Assembly: GCA_030390025.1 (NCBI GenBank)
Contig: CM059432.1
Span: 26,104,001-26,168,000, forward strand
Direction: 5' to 3'
Length of the DNA: 64,000 nucleotides
Source: Squalus acanthias
Lineage: Eukaryota
Made by a program: the position numbers and the translations under genes. Positions 37,662-51,198 of the stretch are shown here, piece after piece. The stretch's first letter is position 1. Every line of letters begins with the position of its first letter. The notes beneath the pieces are model-generated. The model was not told the DNA's origin. It made no database searches and worked only from the letters and a program-made list of their open reading frames with translations.

Positions 37662-40074
37662 CTTAAAAAGATGGGAAGGGGGAAAACAAAGAAGCCCATT
37701 AGCCAGCTTTTTAATCACCACACCAACATCAGATCCAGACCTTCAAAGTGACTGCTGACCGTACGTTCAACTGTACTTTTTTCATACACTCTTGTTTAGT
37801 ATATACTGCATTTGGTAAAATTTGTTATTTTAAGCTCTCTGTACTGCAGAAACGCTTCAAAAGAACAGATATCTGCAATAAAGCCGAAGGTTGGCAGTAC
37901 TGTAGAATCTATTACATTTCAGGTTGGATTTCAGAGCACTGGAAAACAGACAAATAAATTGGGATGTACAAACTTTCCAATATAGAGCTGTTTGAAAGCT
38001 ATGGCCAACAACCAATTTCTGACAGCAATATCTTTCCCAATGGTAGATAATTCGGACGGTCAGGAAAGATAATAGCCTCTGTGTCTGGTGGCAACCTCTA
38101 TATTTGCTATTATGACTACTGCTGCACCCAAGAGTGCAACACCAACTCATTTACTTTACAGCTCTGTCACTGATGTTACAGGAGCTCTAGAGGGATGTGG
38201 GCATTTAGCATTTATTAAATCTAAATGAGCATTTCCTCAAAACATTTTTAACTGCACAGAATGCAGATTCAGCCAGACAGCAGCAGTTTCCTTAATGCTA
38301 TGACGCCACGCTTGTCGAGCTGGTACTGCCAGTTAAAGTGGAATCCCAAGATTATGTGCTTTCAAGGTATAAAAAGTAAGCATTACAGACCCCAGGAGAA
38401 CAAAAGGAACAAACTTTCTCACACTATCAAAAGAACTCGCTTTTTCCTCTCCAGCTAGTATACAGTTCCACCGGTGTCCACAGCCTTCCATTATCTAACA
38501 CAAGTATCCAGTCTTAATTTGAGAATCTAGGTAATAAATTTACCTTGGAGGACTTAACAGTCAAGCCCAATCCCTTTCTCATCCAACGTCTACACTAGTG
38601 CACTTCTCAGCAGAAGTCATAGGTGCAAGCAATAGTGGGAACCTCGGCTGAATTTTCCACTCACTAATACTTGGGTGCTAAGGACAGATTTAGCGGCCAA
38701 CTGCTGTCCTGGCTGAGACTGCTTAACTCAGTACACCTGGTCTGTATGGATTAATAATACACAAGGCAGTGCCAATATCCACCACACTGTTGAATAAGTA
38801 ATCCGTAACTTTCCAATTTAAAAGAACCTTTTGCTATTGAAATTGTAGTCCAGTTAATATGCTATGAGATGGAAGTAACACGTTTTCAGAACAGCAACAC
38901 AAATCAAAACTCAAATTGTCATTTTAATTTCCCCAAGAAAACATTCCTTTTTTTCCCCATCGTTGGCTTGTTGCAGTCCTGTAGAATGAGAAATGAATCA
39001 ACATTTTCACTGGATGAAATTACTTCTTAAATTGTGCTGCATCCAATTTTATCGGCCTGCATATAGGTCTTTAAAGATGAATTTTGAAGAGTATTCTTTG
39101 AACAGAGCTGCTTTTTAAGCATGTTTGTGATTTTAAAAAAAATAACATTTCCATACTGGTGTGAGAAAATTTCAGGCCAGAACTAACATACTGTTCTATT
39201 CTTAGGATTCGGAGCCTCTGGCACTGCATGCATGCACAGAAACAAAGTTAATTTCATAGTTATCAAAATATAAATTAAAATAAACATTTAATATCACATT
39301 TGCTGGTGACTTCAATCACAATCTGCCTCTTGGATGAAAGTTTTTTAAAAATAGATGGAGAGATGCAGTGAAGGAGAATTTCCTTGGCAATAGGATACTA
39401 TTCAGTTTCCTTAATATTCCTGTTTTGCTATTGCCGTCTTAGAATGGCAAATCTGTAATTGCCAAAATCTATCCTCAAAGAAGTCTTTGCGGTTTTTATG
39501 CCACCAAAAATCTTGTAGACTACCAAAGAGATGTTAGGATGGCTCTCTGGCTAAATGCCTAGCTTGTATTAAAAAAAATTCTTAATACAAATAATACAAA
39601 AAAATTTCCATACTCCAAATAGTTAAGAACACTACAATTAGAACACAAATGTGCATATCCCCAAGGACACACTCAGGGTAGAATTTAAATGCCATTATTC
39701 TGTACATTCATTGGTTACTGTATTTGCAAAGTTACTTCTTTCATTGTAAAATCTGCTTCATAAGTTATACCTTTAACTAGGCTTCAGTGACTGGGGTGCC
39801 TCGGGTGCTAGAGGTTTAAGGTGCACTTACATTATAGCAGTGCAGCTGGTTGCAGATGTGCAGTTCTCCAGCCAGTGGACTCCCTCATAAGTTTAAATAG
39901 CTGAACGTGCAGGGAACAAGTGACAACACAGACCAACAAAAATGTAGGTCCACAAATTTAATGCGATGATCTTTACTCTACAGACTACATGATAGAAGTT
40001 ACATGCATAACTTTTAAACTAGTTTTATTATATTTATGATGTTTTTCCCCTATAAGTTCTGGTTGGGGGAAGGG

Positions 40075-41073
40075 GGGGTGCGCAATTTTAGCTCAACTGG
40101 CCAAGCGGGAAACTCAGGGAATCAAGTGAAACTTAGGGGGAATTTTCCCAGCCCTGGGGAGGCGGGACTGCTGGGAAAATGGCAGAAACTGGGAGCGGGT
40201 ACCAACCCGCCTCCGTGCTATCTTCCCGGGAGGCGGGTCCCCGACTCACGCAGGGACCCGTCTCCTCAAGGCGGGAAGAGGATTAGAGCCAATTAACTGC
40301 CTGTTAACATGTAGTTAACAGGCAGTTAAGAGGCTTATCCCCATTTTACGCCTGCAAGTGCGGGCTTCCCGATGGCTGCGAACCTCGCCAGGGTCAGCGA
40401 GGCGAGCAGTGGGTCTGCGGGGGTGAGAGGGGTCGAAAAGTCCGCTGTGGAGGCGAGTGATGGGTGCAAGTGTGGAGAGGTCAGTATGAGAGGTGAGTGT
40501 AAAGTGTTAGAAAAAGTTTACTTACCTTTGCTTCTTCCTGCAGGCTTCAACCCTTAGGGATCCGGAGGTTCCTCATCTCAACGGCAGAGATGACAGAATG
40601 GCTGCTGCATTCTCGATGCAGCAGCCATCTGCTTTCTGCTGAGAGAGAGTTTTGGTGAGCGTTCAGTACAAGGGCTCACCTTAGAACAGAGATTACCAGT
40701 GTTTGACAGCTTCTCAAAGCTGTCAAACGCTGACAATTCATCTGTCAAAAAATGACAGATGAAACGTTATACGTTGACGTCCTCTGTCACCGGCTTTCCC
40801 TTAATTGGCCGGCTAAGCCCGCAGGGCGGGTTTAACAAGGTCAATTAAGGGAAAATAGCGTGGGTTGGTCAGACGTCGTTGGGGCGGGACTGAAACCCGA
40901 AAACCAGCAGTCCCGCCCCCAACGACAAAATCCAGCCCTTAGTTTTACACCCCACCCAATATTACTCTCCAGTGGCTTCCAATGGAGAGTAAAATCGAGC
41001 GGGATGTAAAATCACCATTGTACCCGATCTGGTCAATGTACTGGCAGGCGGGTTAGGTTAAAATTGAGCCCCC
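40075..41073. mobile_element. Short MITE hosting a family-A MITE
   Basis: Ends gggtgcgcaatttta / taaaattgagccccc flank the inner element. No clear TSD. Confidence 0.5.
40136..40938 (+). mobile_element. Harbinger-type MITE (family A)
   Basis: Ends gggggaatttt / aaaatccagccc. TSD TTA at 40133-40135 and 40939-40941. Confidence 0.88.
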
Positions 41074-41859
41074 TATTCTACTGCACTTAGAAACATAGGC
41101 TTCAATTTTTACGGTTGGGGGTGGGGGGGGGTAGAGAAAGGGTGCGCAGGAGCTCGATAGCGAGTGTTGAACCCAGCAAGGTTGGGGCACGGCCTCATTT
41201 GAATAAATATTTGCAGAGTCCCGCCCAACACCCGGCCAGATTGACCACCTAGACGGCGAGCGGGAATGTGACTTCAGCCGGGAACCAGTGGCTGGTGGGG
41301 ATTCCCTCGCATCGTGTTGGGAGGAGAGGCCATTATATCAGAAATAACTAGAAAATTATGTACTTGACTGTATTCATGAATGGGTGAAATAAAAGGCTAT
41401 CAGGATACTTTAAAAAGACAGCCACAAACACTTTAATTATGATCCTTTTGTATTATTACAGATACCTCCGGTAACTAATTGAGTATTTTTGTTTAAATAC
41501 TGAGTGTCAGTGATATTATTGTGGGCACTGCTTTAGAAGGGGGTACTGATACCTGACTATGCAAGACTGAATTAGCCTACACAGTTGATGGCAAAGCAGA
41601 CCCCAGTTGTGACTACGGGCTAAATTTTCCTCCGCTATACTGTCCGACCTGGATTTCTTTTCCTTTCCCGCGCAGGAACCTGAACACAAACAACCACACT
41701 ACATGTAAATGACAGCAGGGAGGAGCTCTGGGTGCCTGCCTGGTATTAAATCAAAGACAAGTGCTAATAATCTTAATAGACAGCTGTAAGAAATTACTGT
41801 AAGAATGGTGTAAACTAATCTTCCATTCTATTTACTTCAACTAATATTTCAGAATAGTA

Positions 41860-43218
41860 TGTCAGACCTGTTAGCCTCACATCAGTAGTTGGGAAAATGC
41901 TGGAATCTATTATAAAGGATGCAATAACTGGGCACTTTGAAACTAATAGTAAGATTGGGCAGAGTCAACATGGATTTATGAAAGGGAAATCCTGTTTGAC
42001 AAACCTATTGGAGTTCTTTGAGGATGTAACTAGTGGAGTAGACAAAGGGGAACCGGTAGATGTGGTGTATCTGGATTTTCAGAAGGCCTTCGATAAGGTC
42101 CCACACAAGAGGTTGGTGAACAAAATTAGGGCACATGGAATTGGGGGTAATATACTAGCATGGATTGAGAATTGGTTAACAGACAGAAAACAAAGAGTAG
42201 GGATAAACGGGTCTTTTTCAGGATGGCAGGCTGTGACTAGTGGGGTACCGCAAGGATCGGTGCTTTGGGCCCCAGCTATTCACAATCCATATCAATGATT
42301 TGGATGAGGGGACTAAATGTAATATTTCCAAATTTGCTGATGATACAAAGCTAGGTGAAGAGGCTTCAAGGGGATCTCGACAGGCTCAGTGAGTGGGCGA
42401 GAACATGGCAGATGGAATATAATGTGGATAAATGTGAAGTTATCCACTTTGGTAGAAAAAACAGAAAGGCAGAGTATTTCCTAAATGGTGAAAGATTGGG
42501 GAATGCAGATGCTCAAAGGGATCTGGGTGTCCTTGTACATGAGTCACTGAAAGTGAATGTGCAGGTGCAGCAAGCCATTAGGAAGGCAAATGGTATGCTG
42601 GCCTACATTACAAGAGGATTTGAGTACAGGAGTAAAGAAGTCTTACTCCAATTATATAGGGCCTTGATGAGAACCACACCTGTAGTACTGTGTACAATTT
42701 TGGTCTCCTTACCTAAGGAAGGATATACTTGCCATAGAGGGAGTGCAACAAAGGTTCACGAGATTGATTCCTGGGATGGCAGGACTGTCGTATGAGATGA
42801 GATTAAGTAAACTAGGCCTGTATTCTCTTGAATTCAGATCTCATTGAAGCATACAAAATTATTACAGGGCTTGATAGGATGGATGCTGGGAGAATGTTTC
42901 CCTTGGTTGGGGAGTCTAGAACCAGGGGCCACAGCCTCAAGATAAAGGGTAGGCCATTCAGGACTGAGATGAGAAGAAATTTCTTAACAGAGGGTGGTGA
43001 ATCTTTGGAATTCTCTACCCCAGAGGGCTGTGGATTTCAGTCATTGGGTATATTCAAAACAGAAGTCGATAGATTTCTGACTAGTAAAGGCATCAAGTGA
43101 TATGGCGATAGGGCCGGTGAATGGGGTTGAGGCAGAAGATCAGCCATGATCTCATTGAATGGCGGAGCAGGCTCGAAGGGCCGAATGGCTTACTCCTGCT
43201 CCTATTTCTTATGTTCTT
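41860..43218 (+). mobile_element. CR1 LINE RT/3' fragment ending about 100 bp from a KHDRBS3 splice donor
   Basis: ORFs 41897-42298, 42355-42795 and 42828-43100. CR1 tail. Confidence 0.92.
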
Positions 43219-43321
43219 AGAAACAATTTGAGATAACAGATGGGTAAGGGGAGGAGCAAAGAGGGAAAAAAAGGGCACTGATAAACTGTCCTTTTGAGCT
43301 ACAAATGTTACCAAACCTTAC

Positions 43322-43438
43322 CTTTGCTTTGTCCCGCATGGATCCTTTACCCAAAATGGACATTTTTGTCAGCGTTTCTTCCTGTAACCTCTTCAAAGAA
43401 TTACCACGTGGGCCCAACAGTTTACCGACAAAGTTAAA
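43322..43438 (-). CDS. KHDRBS3: KHDRBS3 (SLM2/T-STAR) internal exon, start of KH domain: [39 protein letters not shown]
   Basis: 117 bp, phase 0/0. AG acceptor at 43439-43440, GTAAG donor at 43317-43321. STAR-family KH GxxG loop (GPRG). The 'EETLTKMS' motif matches KHDRBS3 as I recall it, rather than KHDRBS1/2 (EETGAK). Confidence 0.93.
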
Positions 43439-44284
43439 CTACAATGAGGAAAAAAAAATCGTATTACTTCACAGATATAATTATTAGAAAAAGAATATCC
43501 TGGAGTTCAGTGAGTTATCAGTATAGTTAGTGCAAGATTCTCTTCAAAAAAAAAATCAAGTGCCAACCAGAAGCCCCAAACTTTCCTCACTCAAGAAATA
43601 GCTGCCTGCTATTTTTGGTTCTATTTCAACCGGTGCCAATAAGTTTTATCTCCAAATAGCACATATTTGAAAAAGAAACTAATAGGTAGGGAGGGGAGCT
43701 CCAGACATGCATTTCTATTGATAGTGACATTTTTTCAGAAGTAGAGAAACATTTTAGAATCACTTCAAAGTAAAGTTTTTCCCATTTTATTGTACTGTAC
43801 TGTAATGTATTCTTGGCTCTCATTATGGTTTGTAACTCATCAAAAACGCCAACCCTAGATTATGCATGGTATAAGCAAGGACTGGACTTGAGGCTGAAAG
43901 ACCATTTCTCATTCTCATGCAGTCTTATGTCTTATATCTTTTACATGACAGGTTTTAAATTTCACACCTCCAGATCTGTGCCTGACATTACACCTAATGA
44001 CAACACCTGTATTATGCTAACATTTGCAGGCTGTGGTTGCACCTTTATCTGACAAAATAAGTGAGAGTGCAGCCAAATCACACTCTAATTTGGCTGCTTG
44101 TTTCTCCTGCATTGGAGTCCCACCCAAATAGGTGGCTAAGTGCTGTAGGATTGCTCGGTTGGCTCCCATGCAACATTGGAGCTGACAAAGCATTTCAACA
44201 ACCAGAAAGTGCAAGGAATGATGCTATTAAAAAAAATAAACCCCACCTAATGGCACAAGTTCAAATGCCCTACAAGATGTGGAC

Positions 44285-47200
44285 AATACTGGCAAGGCCA
44301 CATTTATTGCTCATCCGTAGTTGTCCTAAGATGCTGGTGGTGACCCTTCCTCTTGAACCACTGCACTCTTTATAGTGATGATGCTCTGACGATAGATTAC
44401 TTAGGGAATTCCATGATTTTGACCCAAAAATGGTGAAGTAATGGTGATGTGTCTGGCAGAACAGTCTGTGACTTGGAGCGGAACTTGGAAGTGATGGTGT
44501 TCCCACAACGTTGTTGTTCTTGTCCTTCTCAGTAGTGGCGGTCACGGGACTGACGGGTGCCATCAAAGCAAGCTTGACAAATAGTATGGAACATCCTGTA
44601 GGTAGCATATATGTAACCATAGTTCCTTGAATGAGGAGGGGTGGACCACTGGCAGGGGCACTAATTAAACAAACTGCTTTATTTTGAAAGTTTTTTTTTA
44701 AAGTTTTATCTCAGGATGTGGGCGTCACTGGCATTTATTGCCCTGTGAAGATGATGGTTGGCCTCTCCTTAAACCGTTGCATTCCTTGTGGTGATAGTGC
44801 CCCCACGATGGCAGGATTTTAATCCAGCGATGATGTCCAAGTCAGGATGGTTTATGGGTTGGAGGGGAAGGTGTTCCCATGACGTCGCTCCCACCTTGGC
44901 CTTCTTGGTGGCAGAGGTTACGGGACTGGGAGATGCTGTCGAAGTAAGCTTGGTGAGTTGCTGAAGTGCACCAGTGCTGGAGGAGGTGGATAATCAATCC
45001 AGTGCCAGGGGCACTGATCAAATTGACTGCTCTGTCCAGAATGGTGTCAAGCCTCGAATGCTTTTGCAGCTGCGCCAATCCAGACTAGTGGTAAGTATCC
45101 CATTGCATTCCTGACATGAGCCTTGTAGATGGTGGCGAGGCTTTGATGGGGTTGAGATGTGAACAATCCATCAGAGTATCCAGTCTCTGCCCTGCTCTTG
45201 TAGCCACAATGTTAATATGGCTGGTCCAGTTCAATTTCTGGTCAATGATGTTGGTGGAGAATTGTGTGTGGTCGGGTTGCTGAAGGTCAGGCAGAAGAGC
45301 TAGTCTCTTTCTTGCTCTAAATGGTTATTGCCTGGCACGGTGCAAATGTTACCTACATTTGTCAAGCCTAGCCTGGATGTTATGGGCTGCTTCATTATCA
45401 GAGCAATTGTGAATGGAGCTTAACACTGTAAAATCATCAGCAGACAGCTGCACTCCCGATCTTTATAATGGAGGAAATTTCAGGTTTTTTATTTGTTCCT
45501 GGGAGTTGGGGTATTGCCCATCCCTAATTGCCCTCGAGAAGGTGGTGGTGAGCCGCCTTCTTGAATGGCTGCAGTCCATGCGGTGAAGGTACTCCCATAG
45601 TGCTGTTAGGGAGGGAGTTCCAGGATTTTGACCCAGCGACGATGAAGGAACAGCGATATATTTTCAAGTCAGGATGTTGTGTAACTTGAAGAGAAACTTG
45701 GAGGTGATGGTGTGCCCATGCGGCTGCTCCCCTTGTCCTTCTAGGTGGCAGAGATTGCGGGTTTGGGAGGTGCTGTTGAAGAAGCCTTGGAGAGTTGCTA
45801 CAGTGCATCTTGTAGATGGTACACACTGCAGACACGGTGTGCCGGTGGTGGAGGGAGTGAATGTTTAAGGTGGTGGATGGGGTGCCAATTAAGCAGGCTG
45901 CTTTGTCCTGGATGGTGTCGAGCTTCTTGAGTGTTGTTGGAGCTGCACTCATCCAGGCAAGTGGAAAGTATTCCATCACACTCCTGACTTGTGCCTTGTA
46001 GATAGTGGAAAGGCTTTGGGGAGTCAGGAGATGAGACACTTGCCGCAGAATGCACAGCCTCTGACCTGCTCTTGTAGCCACAGTATTTATGTGGCTGGTC
46101 CAGTTAGGTTTCTGGTCAATAGTAACCCCCCAGAATGTTGATGGTGGGGGATTCGGCGATGGCAATACTGTTAAGTTCCAAGGGAGGTGGTTAGACTCTC
46201 ACTTGTTGGAGATAGTCATTGTTTGGCACTTGTGTGGCGCAAATGTTACTCGCCACTTATCAGCCCAAGCCTGAATGTCGTCAAGGTCTTGCTGCATGCA
46301 GCCATGGACTGCTTCATTATCTGAGGAGTTGCGAATGGAACTGAACACTGTGCAATTATCAGTGAACATCCCCACTTCTGACCTTATGATGGAGGGGAGG
46401 TCATTGATGAAGCAGCTGAAGACAGTTGGGCCTAGGACACTGCTCTGAGGAACTCCTGCTGCAATGTCCTGGGCTGTGATGATTGACCTCCAACAACCAC
46501 ATCCATCTTCCTTTGTACTAGGTATGACTCCAGCCAGTGGAGCATTTTCCCCCTTGATTCTCATTGACTTCGATTTTACTAGGGCTCCTTGATGCCATAC
46601 TTGGTGAAATGCTGCCTTGATGTCAAGGGCAGTCACTCTCACCTCACCTCTGTAATTCAGCTCTTTTGTCCAGCTTTGGACCAAGGCTGTAATGAGGTCT
46701 GGAGCCGGGTGGTCCTGGCGGACCCCAAACTGAGCATCGGCGAGCAGGTTATTGGTCAGAAAGTGCCGCTTGATAGCACTGTCAACAACACCTTCCATCA
46801 CTTTGCTGATGATGAGTAGACTGATGGGGTGGTAATTGGCCGGATTGGATTTGTCCTGCTTTTTGTGGTCAGGACATACCTGGGCAGTTTTCCTCACGAT
46901 GAAGTCGTTGCAGATAGGAACTCCTGCAGTGATGTCCTACAGCTTCAATGACTGGGCTTCGACAACCACAACCATCTTACTTTGTGTGAAGTATGACTCC
47001 AGCCACTTAAGGGATTTGCTGTTGAACTTCATTGATCTCAGTTTTGCTGGGACTCCTTAAAACCATAATCAGACAAATATTGTCTTTATGTTGAGGCAGT
47101 TAATCTCACCTCTCCTGATACTTAGCTCTTGGTCCATCTCTGTATTAAAGCAGCAAGTGGTTCTGGAAGGATCCGAACTGAGTGTCAGTGAGTAAGTGTC

Positions 47201-47460
47201 ACTTTATGGCACTATTGATAACTCCTTCCATCACTTTACTGATGATTGGGAGGAGGATAATAGGACAGTAATTGTCTGGGTTTGATTTGTCCTTTTTTGT
47301 GGATAGGGCATACTTGGGCAATATTCCACATTGTCAGCTAGATGCCAGCATCAGACTTGCACTGGAACTGCTTGACTAGGGTGAGGCTAACTTTACTGTG
47401 CACTACAGTCAAAATGTTGTCATGCTTCATAGCCTTTGTATTCTTGGCTGCTTCTTAATG
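44285..47460 (-). mobile_element. Stack of fragments of a second non-LTR retrotransposon lineage (clade not determined); best-preserved copy at about 45490-46895
   Basis: RT motifs 'NPANYHPISLL', 'ALDIKAAF..VWH', 'GVPQSSVLGP', 'YKAQVRSVMEY', with similar degenerate copies on both sides. Confidence 0.8.
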
Positions 47461-50400
47461 TCATGTAGAATAAACCAAATTGTCACCAAGTACAAAACGG
47501 TTTAACTATATAATCCTCAATGGCTGCACCGACAAGTACTCTGTGTCAAACCATGACCTGAAAATGTGTGCAAAGTACTTGAATAGAAGATAGACCATAT
47601 TAGGAGGGGGGGGGGGGGGGAACTTCTACTGGTTTAAAAAGTAACAATTGTACTCTTCAAGTGTTGTTTTTATACTGCAGCCAGGTCTTAGGAGAGTGGT
47701 CCAAATCCAAGTGTACTGGTCTATTGCATTTACTTTTCAATTGTGCAGCTAGTTTTCATGTGAACCTGCTGTAAAGTGGCTTCTAATATATAAAAGGTGC
47801 AGATTGGCCATGGCAATTTGGCTTATGTGTAGGCACAAACTTCTGAATTTAGCATCAGCAACAGGTGACATCATTATGCCAAAAATATTCACGGCATAAA
47901 GGGATGTATGCACGCTGATATCATAATGTCACTACAGGGATCATGCTACTATCGGAACGACGAGTTAACTGAAGGCAATTAAGACTTATAGGCAGTCAGA
48001 CAAATTCAGGAAAAAAAAAGTGTGCTTAGCTTGATCTTGCCACTGGCTGTGACCTGGGTAGCCAGTGGTACAAGATTAATATAAAAGTAGCTAACTTATA
48101 TACGAGACAAAAGCATGTTTGAGAAGCTGTAATTTCCCTGCATTCACCAGGTCATCAGCATTCTATGCAATAATTCCTACTATTGTGTCTTTAAGCATAG
48201 GTGCTTGATACCTCTGACTTCAGAGAATAAGCATTGGTAAATTCTCCCTTAGTCTTCAGTTTTAGCAAAAGATCTAAACTTTATGGATGAACTGAGATTT
48301 GCATAGTTAACTTGCAACATTGCATTTAGAAGATCGATCAAGACAAGCCTGACTATTTCATCCAAAAGTCTTGTTGCTGATCAGGCTCTTAAAAAGTACA
48401 TTCTAAAAGAACTATTTTAATCCATTATCAACTGTATAATTATCTCTTCTTCCTTTTCTAGTTGCAAAGGCGGAACCATTTGTGAATGTAACTGTACAGT
48501 AGTGAAGAACATATATCAATTTTGCTTGCGAACACTGCTCTACAAATATGATAGAATAAAGCCATTTTATTCTATTTTACCTGTAATAAATTCCTTTAAA
48601 CATAAAAAACACAACACTCGGGGTCATTGCTAGGATTTTGGTAAAGCATAATGGTAGATGCAACCAAAAGACACTGAAACAACTTCCTATAAATGCTGCA
48701 GGACCACTAGCTGAACAACACTGGTCTGCAAACATATGAAAACAACATGTAAAAAGATTAAACCACACAAACATAATAAAACACATGTGGAAGGGAAATT
48801 TAATGACTCATTTAGCATTTACTGATCCATTGGATTAGTAACATTACCACAATCACCAATTTAGTTAACAAACCTCTACAACTAAACAATCCAATTCTTT
48901 GTTTTGAACATGGCCTTTTAGAAAGTGAGCCCTATTGCATTCACTAAAAGCGCCTTTGCACTAGAGTGTGCCCAATGACCAATGTGCAGTTCTCCCTTCA
49001 GCTGTGTGCGTAAATGTAAATGGTCCAATTTCCAGGAACCATTGATAATGCTGGTCTACAATCTGTTATCAGGTTACGCCTCCTGCTACAGCAAAATAAA
49101 CAGGGGGAGCCTGTTCATTTGCATATTTGTTCCAAACATTCAACTTTAAGATTTGTATTTAAATCAAATAAAAAAAAATTTTTTAAACATATTATCGCTT
49201 TCTCTAGTGTGACAAGTGAAGCTTTAATCATTGACTGTTAGCAGTTGGACATGGTAGAATTTAACTCGATTACCTGGATAAAAACTACATTTCTTCTCTG
49301 TAATTTAAAGGACAACAGTTGGTAACTAAGAACTTTAATTAGCACTCTCCACTCTGAACCATCTTACTGGAAATTAAGAAAAGACATCTATGGGGGTTGA
49401 GGGAATTAAGAAAGCTCAAAAATGTACTTAGGAGATAAAACATAAATGGATAAAGAGTGAAGAATGCAAAAATTCTGGGCAGAAGGGTAATAATACATAG
49501 GATGTCTAAACATTCAGTTGACATTCATATATTATTTTTCAAACAAGAAGTAAATGCGTTTTCTAAATAGTGAAATGTAAGTTGGTAAATCTCCCCCTGT
49601 TAGTTATCTAAGGTGCACTTCCTTATGTCACCCAGTATATAATCCCCAGGCACCACATATGCTTCTGTGAGTTTTAACTGACCGATACTAGAAGATAGCT
49701 GGAAATGCGATTAGTCCCCAAACACACTAGAAATGCTGATATTAATGCCTGGCCCAGATCTATCCACTACCATCCCAACATTTAGCTCAATTTAGGAATA
49801 TTAATGCAAGCAGACACAAAAAATGAGTGTAAACAGTGTTTGAAGATAAAGGAAATTATTTATATCACACATAAAAAGACTGGCATGATTGCCGGACATA
49901 ATTTTCTACTATTTTCCCCCTAAATGTCTGCTTCCTGCTTTTTTGATCTCTCTACATGAAGTGTAGCAATTTTCTAAGAAAAAGAAACTCTGACGAAATT
50001 CACATTTCTTCCTCGCCTGAGAAATTAGTCATGTTAAAAAAGGACTCTTTCTCAGCAACAGCAGAAACGACACAACCATGGGTGATCAGCAGTGTTACCA
50101 CTGACGACATGATACATTCTGCACCATTGCATTCTGGATACAAGAGTCAGCTGAGTCTACTTGGTCAGGAGCTGTCAGCAAATGTGATTATCATTTTGGG
50201 GAAGTGAGGAGGAAACAGCCAGATTTATAGACAGTTTATCAAAATGACATGGCACCTACTCTATACAAATCCAATTATGTAGGGAACACTACTTTCATTA
50301 CTTTGGAACCTCCAGTACTCTGTTTTTCTTTTTTAATTTATTTATTATAATTAGATACCCAAGACAGCACAAAGGAATGATTCAATGTAGATTAGTGCAG

Positions 50401-50517
50401 CAACATTTACATTAATTCAAAGACATTCTAAGATGTTATTACTGGTTTCTCCAATAGCATCAACCCGTTAACCCATCTGAATTATATCAGTATGCTTTAT
50501 CTATGGCAAGTTTTATT

Positions 50518-51198
50518 GGCCCGTATTTTGCGACCATAAGGGCCGTACAAGTTCCAGGTTTTCACGCGCGAAATCTTCTTGACAGACCATAGCCATCCCT
50601 GGGAAAAGGGCCTCCGCGGGCGGAGAGTTGGGATATTTGTCCAGCTTCTGCCCAGCGAATGCCCGTGAAATTCTTACGCCTGGTAAAAGCAGGTGTAAGG
50701 CCTACTTTTACCAGCGTAAGAGTTTAAATTAATATAAAAATATTTTTTTTTCAATTATTTAAACATTAAAACAATAAAATAAGTTAAGGTTATTTTTAGC
50801 CCCTTTAAAACATTTAAATTTATTTTTCAAAAAATTAAATTTTTGTTTTAAATGTTTAAAATTATATTTTAATTAATTTTAAATGTGATTTTTTTAAATC
50901 TTATGTGTCATGTTAATGTGTTTTTTATGTGATCCCCATTCATGCTTATGGGGATTCCGTACGTACGGAATCACCATAAGCATAAATGGGGATCCCCCTT
51001 CTTTCATTGGTTGGGCCAGCCCAAGTGACCCCAGGGGTGCTTGCGAACCGCCTGCGCCCCTGGGATACGTGGGCCCCTACGCATAGAGGCCCAGGAGCAC
51101 GCGTCTCCGTGGGCCCAGGACCATCAGGTAGGTTCGTAGATTTTTTGCCGTTTGGAGGCATCCGCCCGCAGGAAGCTTCAGACCACAAATTCAAGCCC
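50518..51198. mobile_element. Harbinger-type MITE with AT-rich core
   Basis: Imperfect TIR ggcccgtattttgcgacc / gaccacaaattcaagccc. TSD ATT at 50515-50517 and 51199-51201. Confidence 0.65.
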
